Source of the DNA: Vermamoeba vermiformis
Taxonomy: Eukaryota
DNA: 64,000 nucleotides
Assembly: GCA_045837725.1 (NCBI GenBank)
Contig: JBEWZL010000232.1
Coordinates: 186,001 to 250,000 of the forward strand
Direction of reading: 5' to 3'
Shown: positions 38,338 through 51,280 of the stretch, piece after piece
Numbering within the stretch: the first letter of the stretch is position 1
How the letters are laid out: every line of letters begins with the position of its first letter
Program-made: the position numbers and the translations under genes
Notes under the pieces: model-generated
Told to the model about the DNA's origin: nothing
The model's input: the letters and a program-made list of their open reading frames with translations, nothing else
Database searches by the model: none

Positions 38338-40796
38338 TCACATGTTTAAGCCTGTGATGTGCCTGTCATAATCACGAATAAAATCGTCGTCTCGGCGTTC
38401 AACTCTCGCTCGTTTAGGCGGATGGCTTGATTCCGAAGACGGGGACAAAGGACGCTTTCGTCGTGGTCGCGATCCATCAGTAGTGCCTGTGTGTGAGGTG
38501 TGACTCGATTCTTCGTCTGATTTGTCGTGTAGATATGAATAACTTGGCTCTTCTTCGTCTGGTACGATATTGTCTTGCCACAACTCCGGCGGCAATCGTC
38601 GTCCCAGTTCAGGATGGGCTGTGTAACTTTGATATAACCGTGAAACTAAGAACTCATCTTCTTTCATGTGTGTGTTGTAATGAGGCGAGCTCGGATCTGG
38701 TTTCTCCCATCGAATGCGCTCTTTCAGCTCTGATTTAAAGTGTCGCAGTGCGTAGGTCATGTCGCTAATGTCTTCTTCATCACTCGAGTAACTGCTGCTT
38801 TCTGAATCCTCTTCAGCATGCGGCATCGTGGCTAGATCACTGGACTGACGATTGCATTGCGAACTGTCCTCGCACGAGACGGGCAATTGGGGCACAGGAG
38901 CACTGAGCAGCACGGGGGAGTTACTATTTACAGATTGTGAGTCAGTGTCTGCGCTCTCGTGTTTCCACAAGGCTCGTGATTGTTCGAATGTCGCTTGGAA
39001 GGACTTGAGGGCCTCGGCTCGGTCAATTGAAGCCATGCTCTCAATGCGCAACAGATCTGCGTCGAGAGAAGTATCCACAGCATGAGAGCGGGACTTGTCA
39101 GAAGTAGGACTGGACTCGAGTGATGTTTTAATCAGCAAAATGTCGTCATCATCTTCCATTGAGGCAGAGTCCAAGTGGAAACTTTCATTCAATGCAATTG
39201 CTGGGCTCGGCAAATGTACCTTTGCTTCAGCTGCTTGTTTGGCCTCTTCTCTTGCTTGGTGTGCATCTTCGCGTTGTTGTTTGCGTGCTTTCTTCGCACG
39301 ATGATCTGCTTCGTACTGCTTCCACTCGTCTTCAGGACTCAGTTCAGGCAATATCCTGAAAGTAGGTGTGAAAATTTCTTTTGGTGTCTTGTCAACAGAT
39401 CTCCTCAGACTGGACACGCGGCCAGGCAATATAACATTATCAACATCGTATTCTCTGTCTCGCGGTCGTGAAGGTGTAGATCTTCGAATATTGTTTCTTG
39501 GATCTGATTTGGTTAATTTCTTGCGTGCTGCGGACTCTGCTGAGTTCTTCAACCCCTTATTGGCACTATTATTAGCGCGGGGACCATCTGTAGTGCAACA
39601 TTCGGTTAATCATCAAATAAAAGACTATGACAAATATTAAATAACGTACTAGGAGTAGACATGGCCAAGTCCTTGCGTCCTCTCGGAGCAGTGCGCGGAG
39701 GACTCATTGGATAGCCTTGCTTGCCACGGGGACGAGCAGGACCTGTTTGTGGTGCAGTCAACGAGGGCACATTCGCCAAGCTCGGAACGAAGAGTGGGTG
39801 GAACTGTTTGTTGCTGGCTTGCACTGCGGGCGTCAATTTGACTATCTTCACGCGCTTGTTGATGCGCAGACCTGCAGTACGTGCACACTCCGTGCCAAGA
39901 TCCGCTGGAATGATCTCTTTTTCCACTTGAATATTGTGCAGCAGATTGTCGCACATTTGAATTTGTTTGTGCAACTCTGCTATTTGCAAGTTGAGCCAAG
40001 TCCAACGCCAGGCAATGTCTTTCTTGCCTCGTCTATATTTATTTCCGGCACTTTTGATCAAAAAAAGAAAATCGTTAATGAAAGAAACATAACAACGGAA
40101 ATGCAAAAGCTAGCAAATTAATGATATTACAGATGCGCAAAAAGGAATAAATAGATTTCAGAAAAAAGACGTAAAAAGAAACTTTCCGCATCGAAAAATT
40201 CAGTAAGTTTTCTATACTCACAAGGCATCTTCTTCGCCTTCATCGTCTGTCTTTTCGTCATCAACTTCTGTAGTATTGTACTGGCCATAGTTGGATGAAT
40301 AAGCCCGCGCATCCTTCCGCATTTCAAGATTTCCGAAGTTTGATTCAGTATCTTTTGCTGCGGCCTCTTCGAATATTGTCTGAAAATTGTTCATTCCAAG
40401 ATTAACGCCATTGTCTTCCGGCATGAACGGTTGTAAATCTGGATGCGCTATTTTGGGATTTATGGACGTCATCTTCTCGTTGTTATGATTATATAACGCT
40501 AGGTCGGGTAAGTTTGTAGGACTATTATCGTGGGAATTAATCTCGCTGCTATTGGTGTAATGGTGGGAGCTAGATTCGTTTAAAAGTTCCGAGGTTGTAA
40601 GCTGGATGTTGTCTCCCGAATATTGCGAAACAGTAAATCCATTCATAGAATTTGAGAATAATCCATGACTGTCATTTGCTTCGTACTTCGAAAGGAAAGG
40701 ACCTCTGTCATCGAAGTTTAAAAAATCCAAATCGTGAGCTCCTCCTGCATCCATGAGACCAGCTTGACCTTGCATATAAGAATGGACGTCATTCAT
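38338..40796 (-). CDS. KANSL1: KANSL1/NSL1-like PEHE-domain protein
   Basis: IAWRWTWLNLQIAEL, WIN-like ECARTA, HPLF, YDVDNVILP, KEIFTPTFR, PEHE EDISDMTYALRHFKSELKERIRW, in KANSL1 motif order. Confidence 0.8.
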
Positions 40797-41059
40797 TCGG
40801 AATGGTTGAAATTATTTTCTGTTTGTTCAGAAAACTACTGCTGAAGCCGTATCATCCAAATCGCGAAACCGCAATAAATAATATAGAACTGTTTAAAACA
40901 AAAATTAGTACGGCGCTCAAGTACTTAAAGTTATATTATTGCTTACAAGAACAGAGCAACGACGAAAAGGCGTAAATTCCGTGAGTTGCTCAAAGACGTG
41001 GTGTTGGTCAATTTTTGGTCAGCAAATTTCTGTTGATGAATTTGACAGGCAAAACTGGG

Positions 41060-41460
41060 CGTGGATCGAGGCCTCGCTTCTTTCGGTCCCCCATTCGATC
41101 CATTAATTGTGTCTATTATTCAGATACAAAGTTATGATGCCGTGAGCTTTTTCGTCTACAAAGGGTCGATCCTGGTGCCCGTTCCCTTGCGTAGTTATTT
41201 TCTAATAAAAAATTGTGTCGTCTGCTGAGCCCTTTCACACAATGTGCACTTCTGGTGCATCGTTGCACATTATTGTTATTTATCAGGCCACAGACAGGTT
41301 ATTTTATCGAGGTGGGAAGGATCCAGTCCGTCAGCGAGCCTGGCACCGTGACACGCAATTGTTCACGGATTGTTAGGAGGTGAGCCCATGTTGAGGCGTT
41401 CAATTTGTTGCATATGTGCGGGTGTGAATAGTGTTGGTGTTGCGTGTGTTGTGCTGCGCT
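41060..41460. ncRNA. Candidate structured non-coding RNA(s) between KANSL1 and the glycoside hydrolase gene
   Basis: Several inverted-repeat hairpins in a GC-elevated segment with no convincing ORF (see findings); strand and class unresolved. Confidence 0.35.
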
Positions 41461-41941
41461 GGCAAAATACAATAATGACGGAAAGACAGAGCGCTTCAGT
41501 TTTGTTCGTGAGGTCCCGTTCTTGACCATTTTAGCGTTACAATTATCGGCATGTATTGAGAATAGTAGTGTTGCATCCTCGTTCCGCTCGAGCGCATTAA
41601 ACTATAACTTACCTCAAGGCAACGTCCTTGCGAGGCACAAATCTGTCCTTCTCTCTAATATTATTTTAACTATTAATGAGTGTAAACGCGCTGTAAAATG
41701 CTCGAAGACGCGGTTGTATACATTCGCATACTTGCAGGTTCAGGCGTCGAGGTTATCAATTCCAAGTGTTTAATGAAGGTTACATCGATTGAAGAAACTT
41801 GGTTGTAATTAACTGATTACTGATTGGTTGTGGATCAAGATTTCCTTCCTGTCAACGTTTTTACGAACAAATTGCTTTGTAAACAACGGTTCAACACCAC
41901 AACCGCGGCATTTATTGCTTATGCAACTAATGATGCTCACG

Positions 41942-43837
41942 ATGAAGTTATACAATAAGAGTATTATTTGCTTGTTGGTTGTAGCGGCATTGGTTAATAA
42001 CTGCCAGGCGTTAGTACAAGTGACTGACAGAACGCTTCTCGTCGATGGAACACCCTTTTTGATGAAAGGCGTGGCTTATAATCCGATCCCTATTGGCTTG
42101 AGTAAGTTTTACATCCGTTTTATATTGAAATACACCAAAATCGCGCTTCTTGTGCATCCTATTATATTCCATTCGTATTTTTACATATTGTCGTAATCGA
42201 GAGTATCAAGGCGATAATGAAATTTTAAGAGATACCGCGTTTTTTCAGATTCACTTTTCTAATTCATTGCGCAGCTCCCGATCAGAAGAACGATTACTAC
42301 ACTAGTAGTGCAGTAGATGTAGCGGTATGGCAGCGCGACGTCCAGATTTTGAAGAATATGGGTGCCAATACTGTACGGCTCTACGGATGGAATAATTCTC
42401 TCAACCACACTCAGTTCTTGGACGCGCTGCTTCAGAATGGCATTAGAGTTGTGTTGCAGTATTGGTTTCCTTCTTCAAACGACATTTCAGATGCCCAGAC
42501 GCGCGCAAACTTGATTAGCGGGTTCACTTCGATGGTGAACAACTACAAGTATCATCCCGCCATCATTATGTGGCTATTCGGTATGATATGAACCCTCAAA
42601 ATTTGATGATTCTGCGCCGCGGCGAATCTTTTTTTAAATTAATTTTAAAATGACATTTCCTTTTTAGGAAACGAGCTCAACGCTCCGTGGAACTATCAGA
42701 GCAAGCTCTGTAAGTAATGACAATCAATAGTAACGATTATTAATCGCCTCTCAGCGGATCTTTTCACCCTGCTCGATGCTGCGACACAAGCGGCGCATCA
42801 AGCGGAAGGTGCTAATTATCGGCCAGTCAGCAGTCCTTTTGCAGACATCAATTTGTACTCGCATATTCAACAATATAATAATCCGCAGATCGATGTTTGG
42901 ACAGTGCAAATCTATCGGTAAGTGTCGCGACATCCTTTCGTAGTCATCATATCATGCTAGCGGCAAGACATTTGGAAATTTGTTTCAATTCTTCAAGAAC
43001 AACGCCACTGCCAAGCCCATGTTCATCACGGAGTTCGGCATTGATGCGTACGACAACAACCAACAAGCGGAGAATCAAGCGGTGCACAGCGAGTACGTGA
43101 CAGCGCTGTGGAATGAAATAGTTGCAAACACTGATGCCTGCTCTGGCGGCTGTGTCTTTGCGTACACGGATGAATGGTACGGCACTGGCTAAGTACTGAC
43201 GATGGTCTAATGTGATTGACAGGTGGAAGGGGCGCGATGGTCAACAACCGAGTGGCTGTCCAGATCCAGACGCTGGGTATCACAGCAACTGTGGCGGCAG
43301 TGCTGGAGCATGTAAGTGGCATCAATAGTATATTGCTGGCAGTGACATTAACCGCGCCTAGTCCCCGACCAGTTCGGCAATGAGGAGTGGTTTGGACTGT
43401 ACTCCATCGCCAAGAGTCCCAATGCCAATGAACCAAACATTTTGACACCTCGCGCGGCAGCTACAGCGTTGAGTCAGCTGTGGCAAGTCAATGTCCCCCT
43501 CGCTCCTGTTGCTTGTAAGTGACTTGATATTAATACTATTAGCTGTGATAACTCACCGCGATTGTCAGTCACACCTCGTCCGCCCAGCACCACGCCCTCA
43601 GCCCCGTCCTTGACACCCTCGTCCTTGACACCCTCGTCGCAGGACTCGATCATTACCCCTGCCAGCACTTCACTCGACGGTGGCGCTATTGCAGGCATTG
43701 TGATTGGTGTGTTGGTTGGCACGGCAGGCATCATCATGCTGGTGCTCTACCTGATCCCCCAGACACGTGCTCGCGCCTATCCTTGGACCAGCAAGTCCAC
43801 CACGGTCAATGTCAGCAATGTGCTCAGCAATGCTTAA
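41942..43837 (+). CDS. Membrane-anchored clan GH-A glycoside hydrolase (GH2/GH72/GH158-like TIM barrel)
   Basis: Signal peptide; KGVAYNP, RDVQILKNMGANTVRLY, acid/base GNE, nucleophile ITEFG, YTDEWWK, NEEWFG; S/T/P linker; TM helix GAIAGIVIGVLVGTAGIIMLVLYL. Confidence 0.8.
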
Positions 43838-43996
43838 AGACTGTTCTCTACTGTTGTAAATTAGCTGTTTATTCATTGCGCGGCACTGTCTGTTCACCAT
43901 TTGATTGATGTCTCTCTCTCGCTGATGAGTTCTGCGCGCTCAGTGCTGACTGTCACGTGTCCGTCACGACACAACATTGCTCTGCTGCAAGTCCGC

Positions 43997-45347
43997 TTAA
44001 ATGCCGTACATGTCGCGCGTGTTGTTGCGAATGGTCTTCAACACATTGTCCAAGGTGTCACCTTTGAGCTCTGCAATCTTCTGCGCAATGAGTGGAATGT
44101 GCCCGCTGTGACTGACGCCTTTGAGTGGATGAGGGGCCATGTAGGGCGCATCAGTCTCCAACAGAATGCGGTTCAATGGTATCTGTTTCACGGCCTCGCA
44201 CACATCTGCGGCATTGTTGAATGTAATTGCGCCTGTGAAGCCAAAGTACATATTAGGAAATGCCTCGATCAATCGCTTGGCGTGCAGTGCGCTGTCAGTG
44301 AAGCAGTGCAGATGTATCTTGTGCTGCGCGGGCATGTAGTCCTTGAGAATCGTGTACGTGTCCTCTGCGGCACTGCGACTGTGCACCACGAGGGGTTTGT
44401 CGAGCTCCACCGCTTTGAGTATCTACCGCCAATCAGCAATCGAGGTATATGCGCGGTATACCGAGCTAAAAATAGCTTACCTGCGCGATGAATACTTTGC
44501 GCTGCACTTCAGGCTCACTGTGATTGTAGTGATAATCGAGTCCTGTCTCGCCCCACGCCACTGCCTTGGTGTGCTACGGTGCGTCAGTGGCACAGTTCTA
44601 TGAATACACTGCCATGCACTCACCTTCAAACACTCCACGATGCGCTCTTCAATGGAGGCTGTGTAGTACTTGGCGTTGTGCGGGTGAATGCCGAACACTG
44701 TGTGACATCTTAGTTGAGCTCTATTTGACACGTGTCAATCACTTACCGCCCCAGATGTTTTCCTCGGCAAGCAATTCTCTAAATTTAGTAATGTCAATAA
44801 ATAGGTGCAATGCAATGCTGTCAACTTACTGCCACATGCCAAGACTCGGTGACAGAGCTGCTGCGTCACTGAGAACAGATGAGTCAGAGCCACTACAACG
44901 GACCAATCACGTACCAGAACACTGAAATACAGCCCTCAAAGTTGGCTGGAAATTTCTCTGATTGACGGAGCTTGGTGAAGAGTGATTTGTTGTCTTTAAT
45001 GCGCAGCTTTTGAAATACGTATTCGAGGTGGCAATGCGTGTCTATATATAGCTCTTTTGAGCTCACTGTTGGTTCATTTGCTGTTTGAGTGCAGTTGCGG
45101 GCAATGTGACCTTCCTGCAGAATATTTTGTAATTAATTTCTTATTTTATTCGAGAATTAGTCTTTATCAGCAGGCAGACGTTTTGCGATATGTAGTGTTA
45201 TTATATTATTTTTGCCTCAATCCACACCTTGCCACACTGATAACACGTCGGTCCTTGAGATCTGGTGTTATTATTGCTTCTTGTGTTGTTGTTATTTCTG
45301 TACCCTCCTCGTGAGTTACCTCTGCTGTAGTTGTTATTGCGCGACAT
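43997..45347 (-). CDS. TatD-family nuclease (TATDN2-like) with N-terminal RG/N-rich segment and CCHC zinc knuckle
   Basis: IDTHCH, NFEGCISVF, GIHPH, GETGLDY, VVHSR, HLHCF, LLETDAPY; spliced CYQCGK|EGHIARNC. Confidence 0.88.
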
Positions 45348-45521
45348 AATTGCACCGTTGTGGTGTCGATGTTTGGTAAATAAGTGAGAATGGTCGCCAG
45401 GCGTTAATCAATCTCAGATTATCTAATCCCTGAAATTTCCAATCACGTGACGGGCAATGCGCTACGCAACAAGAATGGTACGAACTACTTTATTACAAGG
45501 ACGAGTCAGACATATTTACAC

Positions 45522-48500
45522 TTATTGTTCAAACTGTGCCATGGTACGCTCCACGCGCTCCTCTTGCTTCCTCTTGACGCGCTGTCGCCAAGCGCCGAAT
45601 TTGACGGTGAAGTCGCGCAGACTGATCTTGAGTGCTGCCGCGCACGAGGTGAGATCGTCCATCGACAGCTTGCTGCTCTTGCCTTCTAGAATTGCGCGCA
45701 GCAGACTCATGTCCGTTACAATGCGGCGCAGTTCACCTGTTGACACGTGTCAATACGAGTACTCGACAGCAATCCACGTGACTTACCTCTGAAGAATTGC
45801 GTGCCACCAATCGAGTGTGCGACAGCATAGTCACCCACGACACAAATGTTCATGATCACGTGACGACACTGCCAGGGAGGTGAGTTCAGTGAAACAGTGC
45901 CAAATAAGGCAATACTTACGAGGTAGATGTACTGCACGGCATTCGCGAGTGACTCGCAGTCGTCAATGTTAGCATCAGCTTGACGCGCAATGTGCTTCAT
46001 CTTGGACACGACTGCTTGCTTCAAGCGCACGTCCTTCACATTGCGCTCCTTCTCGTGCATCACGTACATGGAGTAGAAGCTGGCTGCGGTCAGTACACAC
46101 GCACTTGCACGGCAGTTACAGTTACGTACCTCATGTTGTTCTCGAACTGTTGCAGCAAGTTCTCGCGCTCATTCTTGCCCTTGATCTTGTACGTGCACGA
46201 GTAGTGTGAGGGGTGCCAGCCTGCGAGACAGATCCAGCAGAACTGGTACTTGCACGCACTGCAGCTCATGTGATTGCACCCACCGTTCTTCTCGATGGGA
46301 TTGCCGCACTTGGGACAGTCCTTGGTGTACGAGAGCAGCCACTGCAGTGTCTTCATCTCGCGATCAGCTTCAGGGTCGTGCTTGTCGTGTATCTGCTTGA
46401 ACCACTTGAGCTCGTTGCACGTCGAGGGCCAGTGACCTTCGCCCATGCACTGGAAGCACCACACACTGCCGCACTTGCAGAAGATCATGCCTGGCGCGGG
46501 GTGAGCACAGGTAATAAGGGCCCTAACGAGACTTACGTTCACGACCAGGCGCGAGCACGGCAAAGTTGCAGCCAGCGGCAGGACACCACTTGATGTTGGG
46601 ATTGCGCTCGACGAATGATTTGGTCACAAAGCGCACGTACTTGTTGTAGAGCTGCTCGTTGGCGAGACTGGCGAGCAACACTGGATCTATGATGTACTTG
46701 CACTTGTAGGCTGGACACGTGATGTCGTCTGAGGCACCTAATGACACGTGTCAACAACGGGTGTGTGCGATGGCAAGGTGCCAATTACCTTCGTTGATCT
46801 TGAGACTGAGATAGTTGTTGAAGCAGTCGAGACAGTAGAAGTGACGGCACTGCAGTCCGCACATGTGATCGAGCGGGTACTCCTCCAAGCAGCCAGGACA
46901 CTCCATGCTCTGCTCGTAGTACTGACTGTCCTCGCTGCCACTGCTGTCCTGCATCACTCCCACTTCGGCGAACAGCGCGGCCAAGCGACCATTCACTGCA
47001 GCCTCGCGGTAATCGGCGACGAGTTTGTCTGAGGTGAGTTAGTTCTAGTGTCAGTGTATATAGATATGCACGTACTCGAGTCCCATTGATAGTGCGTCAA
47101 CAGCACGCGCAGCACAGCTGTACTGGGCGCAGAGTACTCCGCGAGACACTCCGCGGCACGTTGCAGAGCGAGTGTGCGGTAGTTGAGAATGTCGTGCGAG
47201 TCCAGCACTGAATAGCTCGGCTTGTGCGTCAGTATGTGGCGCATGCTGTCTGCGTAGTCCTTGTTCAGCTCCTCGCGGTCATCGTTGCGACTCGTGGCTG
47301 CATCGTAGCGCACTGAGGGCGCGGTGCACAAGAACTCTTCGGCCACTGCAATCAGACGCGCAATCATCGCACTGCCACGCAAGGTGCGCGCAGTCTGCAC
47401 GAGCAGGTGTTTGAGTCGCTGCAGGGTGCTGTCGCGCAGCTGTGATTCGAGCGAGTCCGTGCGCAAGAGCAGTCGTGGCAAGCGCGCAGGATAGGCCGGC
47501 ACGAGCACGAGAATGAGCTGGAGGTGCAGGGGACGCGGGAAGAGGTGTGCATCCGCGCTGTTCTCGTCGGCTGGGTCTTGCAGTCGCGCGCTGAGCACGA
47601 ACGGCAGCGAGGTGGACTGCTTCAACTTGCCCTCGACGAAATAGCTCTGCAGACTGGCGAGCTCGTCGCGCTGTGCAGTGAGGTACTGCGTGAGGGGCGT
47701 GGCGACACTGACACTGCTCTCATCGAGCTCGGTGTCTTCAGGCACGGGTGTCATGTCATCTTCGACATTGACCTCGTGCAGACCTGCTTTCTCTTGCTTC
47801 AACCGCTCCTCTTCTTGGCGCACCTTGTCGTCAGTCACCACGAGATTGGTGCCCATCATCTTGTGTCGCAGCACGGCCAGTTCTTTCTCGCGGCGCAACA
47901 TGTGAATCAGTTGGCGCAGCTGTGGGGCACGACGCACGGCACGCACTTTGATGGGCTCGTCAGTGGTCCTGTCTGACGTGCGCACGCGGTGCATGAATGT
48001 CGCCAGTGCCGCGCTGTCGTACTCTTTGGTCGGCTCAACACGGCGCGGCAAGGGCTGCACGGGTGGTGCAGTGGTGACGAGTCGGTTGTAGTCGGGCTTG
48101 GACTTGGGCACTGCAATAGGTTCGCGCCACTCTGCTTGCAACATGCGCGCAATCTCCTCGTCCGCGAGCTCTTGATACAGCTTGTGCAGCAGATTGGGTC
48201 CTTGCTCGACTGGTCGCGAGGGCTGTTGTTGTTCAGGGGCCACGAACCAGCCGTCAATCTCCTCCATCATGTGATCGTCCCAGTCGGCGAGGTCATTCGG
48301 ATCTGTGCAGTCAATCAGTGCCGTTCATCACCGCGATATGCGTGGCACTATCGAGTACTCACCGAAGCTGCCCGTGCTGTCAATCTCGTCGTCACTCACT
48401 GCATCGCCCTCGTCCTCGTCCTCGCTCTCACTGTCGCTGGGCAGGGGTTCAATGCCCGGGACTGCAGTGCCCGCATCAGGGTCCTCGAGCAGCAGCAGAA

Positions 48501-49064
48501 TGCACTTGTCGACATCACCATTCACTTGCGCGAGCTTGAGCAAGATGAGCTCGTCACTCGCATCGGGGATCATTTCTTTCACTCGCGGCACTTTGCGCTT
48601 CAGTGCGGCACTGCTGGGCTTCTTTTTCTTCCCTTCCCTCACCTCAGCGTCGGTCTTGGCGTCAGTCGCAGCACCAGACTCATGGCCACTAGTCTGATCT
48701 GCATCTGTCGCGTGTGTAGTCGTCACTTGCGGCTCTGCGGCACGCACTGGTTCTGAGGCACGTGTCACGGGCTCGGGTGTGGGTAGTGGCACTAGTGGTT
48801 CAACAGGGGTCTCGAGTACATATTGCATGGCCACATCGAAGTTCAATTTTGATTTTTTGACGGCGTCCATGATGACTTGCAGCGAATGGTTGGGAAAGAT
48901 CTCGTTCAACTGCAAGATCTGCAACAGGGCGAAGTGAGAAATTTATAATAATTTAGAATTATCAGCGCTATATCAAGCGGAAATTCCAATAGTAATTAAT
49001 TAGAACATATATCACGTACCATTGATTCATACAGCTTTTGCTTTCTCTTTCGTTCGGCATCCAT
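45522..49064 (-). CDS. RBR E3 ubiquitin ligase: CUE-CUE-UIM-RWD-RING1-IBR-RING2-Ariadne-like
   Basis: RING2 CPKCGNPIEKNGGCNHMSC..C.YQFCWIC; IBR KWCPAAGC..CKCG..WCFQC...H; RING1 CPGC..CRHFYCLDC; RWD (ELASLQSYF..YPARLP); CUE-like LNEIFP and VKEMIP segments. Confidence 0.85.
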
Positions 49065-49392
49065 CTTGAGCCGTTAGTCTCTGCAATTCTAAAGTACGGT
49101 GTGTAAGGCTTAGTACGATAAATATTATTGCTGACTATAATCGTGCACGGTAACTAACACGATCAGTTGTGGGTGCTCAAGAAGGTAAAAAATAAATACT
49201 GGTTGTGGTGCAGTCTTGCAACCAAACACGTTCTCAACTAATTCTGCTACCACATTGAGAATAGAGCACATTTCGTATTCGTATAGTGCTAAGATGTGCA
49301 TATACGCGTATGTATCCACAAAGACCGAGAATTCTGGATGTACAACAAGCGCCAGCTTTATAATAACAAACAAGTGAAATGCACGAAACTAC

Positions 49393-50233
49393 TTAGTTCT
49401 CGCCATTGATAGCATCGAGCAAATCGCCGCTCTCAGCTAACTGTTTAACAATGTCAAATCCACCAACCAACTTGCCCTTGACGTAGAGTTGTGGATAAGT
49501 AGGCCAGTTCGAGTACTCCTTCAGTCCATTGCGCACGGACTCGTCTGAAAGAATGTTGAAGTGACCGAATTCAATGTTGCTGTCCTTGAGTATCTTGCAG
49601 AATTTGGCTGAGAAACCGCATTGAGGTGCATCCGGTGAACCCTTGATGAATGCCATGACTGGAGCTTGATTGATCAGTGCCGCCAGACGTGCGTGCAATT
49701 GTTCTTTGCTCGACTCGCTCTTCGGGGCCGGTGCTTGAGCAACACCCGTGGTGACAGCACTCTGCGCGAAGGGCGCTAACTTCTTGACAACTTCAGGGGG
49801 ATTGCTGCCCTTGACACTCTCCGTCACTTCACCTTGCTTGAGGAATAGCACGGTGGGCACTGACTCGACTTTGTACTTCTCAGTCACATCGTCTACTTCT
49901 TCGGCTTCAACCTGTGGAGGAAAAATGAATAATTATTTTTAAAATTGAGAATTGTTTGAAATTGTGTCAATATATATTCTCAATATTCATGGGTACTTTT
50001 TTAAATTAAATATTTACAAATTCTCAGTAAAGAAATAAGTTATAAATGGGATCTGCGGATCGCTTGCTTACAGTGCCAAATTTAATATTGGAATATTGAG
50101 AGGCCAATTGGCCAAGAACTGTGTTCATTTGCTTTGAAGGTTCTGACCAGGCTGCCCAAAAGCTAAGAACTGCCAAGCCTTGCCAGTCTTGAGATTTGAG
50201 TTGAGCCAAGGAGGTAACGGCGGTTACAGACAT
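49393..50233 (-). CDS. GLRX3: Monothiol glutaredoxin Grx3/4 (PICOT), Trx + Grx
   Basis: FWAAWSEPS Trx-like domain; PQCGFS; LKEYSNWPTYPQLYVKGKLVGGFDI. Confidence 0.95.
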
Positions 50234-50504
50234 TGTTATGTGTTGCTGTTATATATTAATGCAAGTAAAATGACTGGACCGACTGCGGAGGCGAGTTTGC
50301 CAAAAACTGAAAACCAGAAAGTTCGAATTGGCAGCCGGAAAATAAACAGGATGACTGACAGTACTTAATAGACGCAATTCTAACTCTCCATTGGATGTTA
50401 TACGAGAAGGGTTCGCCATACGGATGAGTTTCTTTGGTCGCGTACTGGCTTCAGACTATCAAAACAAAAAAAAATTTGTACGCACCATTACCAACAACTC
50501 ACTC

Positions 50505-51260
50505 ATGTCGCAACCACAAGACAACACTACGGGCTTGTTCAAGCATATTTCTTTAAAAGCTCCTGCCAAACCTAAGCTCTCTAATCTGCCGGTATTTCAA
50601 TTGAAGCCTTCATTGACAACCGCGAAGCAGTCCTTTTTATTGTAAGTCCTATTTACTAAGCCGTATGGTACTCATTAGCTTGTATTTTTCAGACCGAAAA
50701 TAGGATTTAATAAGGCTGCCGAGAAAGCATCGTCAGAGCCGATTATTGCGGTAGATGAGGCTCGATCGGAAGCTCCACTGGAACCCCCGAAAACCAACGA
50801 CGCTGAACCATCGAGAAAGAGATCGCTTGAGCCTCCATTTGAGCTTCCTGTCTCGAAGCGAGCCAAAATTCTTGAAGACGCCATTTTTGAGATGGATCAG
50901 GTTGAGCCATTGTCAGTCGAGAGCGTCGAGACTAGTTTCGTAAGTTAGTTCGTTTCTTTGTGGCATATTAAATATTTTAGTTGCAAGAAAAGCAAGCGAG
51001 CGATATGGAGATAGCGCAGTACCAAGACTACTTTGTTGAGAAGAATAACGAGTACGAAAAGACGTTAGACACCATCAACAAAGAGCTTGAAGACATGTCC
51101 GAGGGGCTCAAAGAGCTCGCAGGTATGTTGTTTCAACGCTAGTCTATGCCAACTAACGCGCTCATGGCTAGTTCGACTGCTTACCACCAACAACGAGTTG
51201 CTCACGTACAACAATCCAATCTTCTTCGGACTCAATCCGCACTTGGAGAAGGAAGAGTAA
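50505..51260 (+). CDS. Hypothetical protein, 4 exons, C-terminal coiled coil
   Basis: ATG at 50505; GT-AG introns join open exons ending ..NPHLEKEE* at 51260; no recognised family. Confidence 0.55.
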
Positions 51261-51280
51261 TCTGCCTCGAGTAGCCGTTC

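Noticed and set aside
30557-41075. Shared 15-mer GTGGATCGAG(C/G)CCTC upstream of YEATS2 and KANSL1
   Set aside because: A 14/15 match is expected roughly once by chance among the non-coding DNA of this window.
41030-41640. Telomerase RNA, RNase P/MRP, SRP, U1/U2 or TPP riboswitch
   Set aside because: No telomere template, no paired P4 motifs, no SRP helix-8 motif and no branch-recognition sequence; ACTTACCT near 41607 lacks the U1 loops and fits a minus-strand splice donor better.
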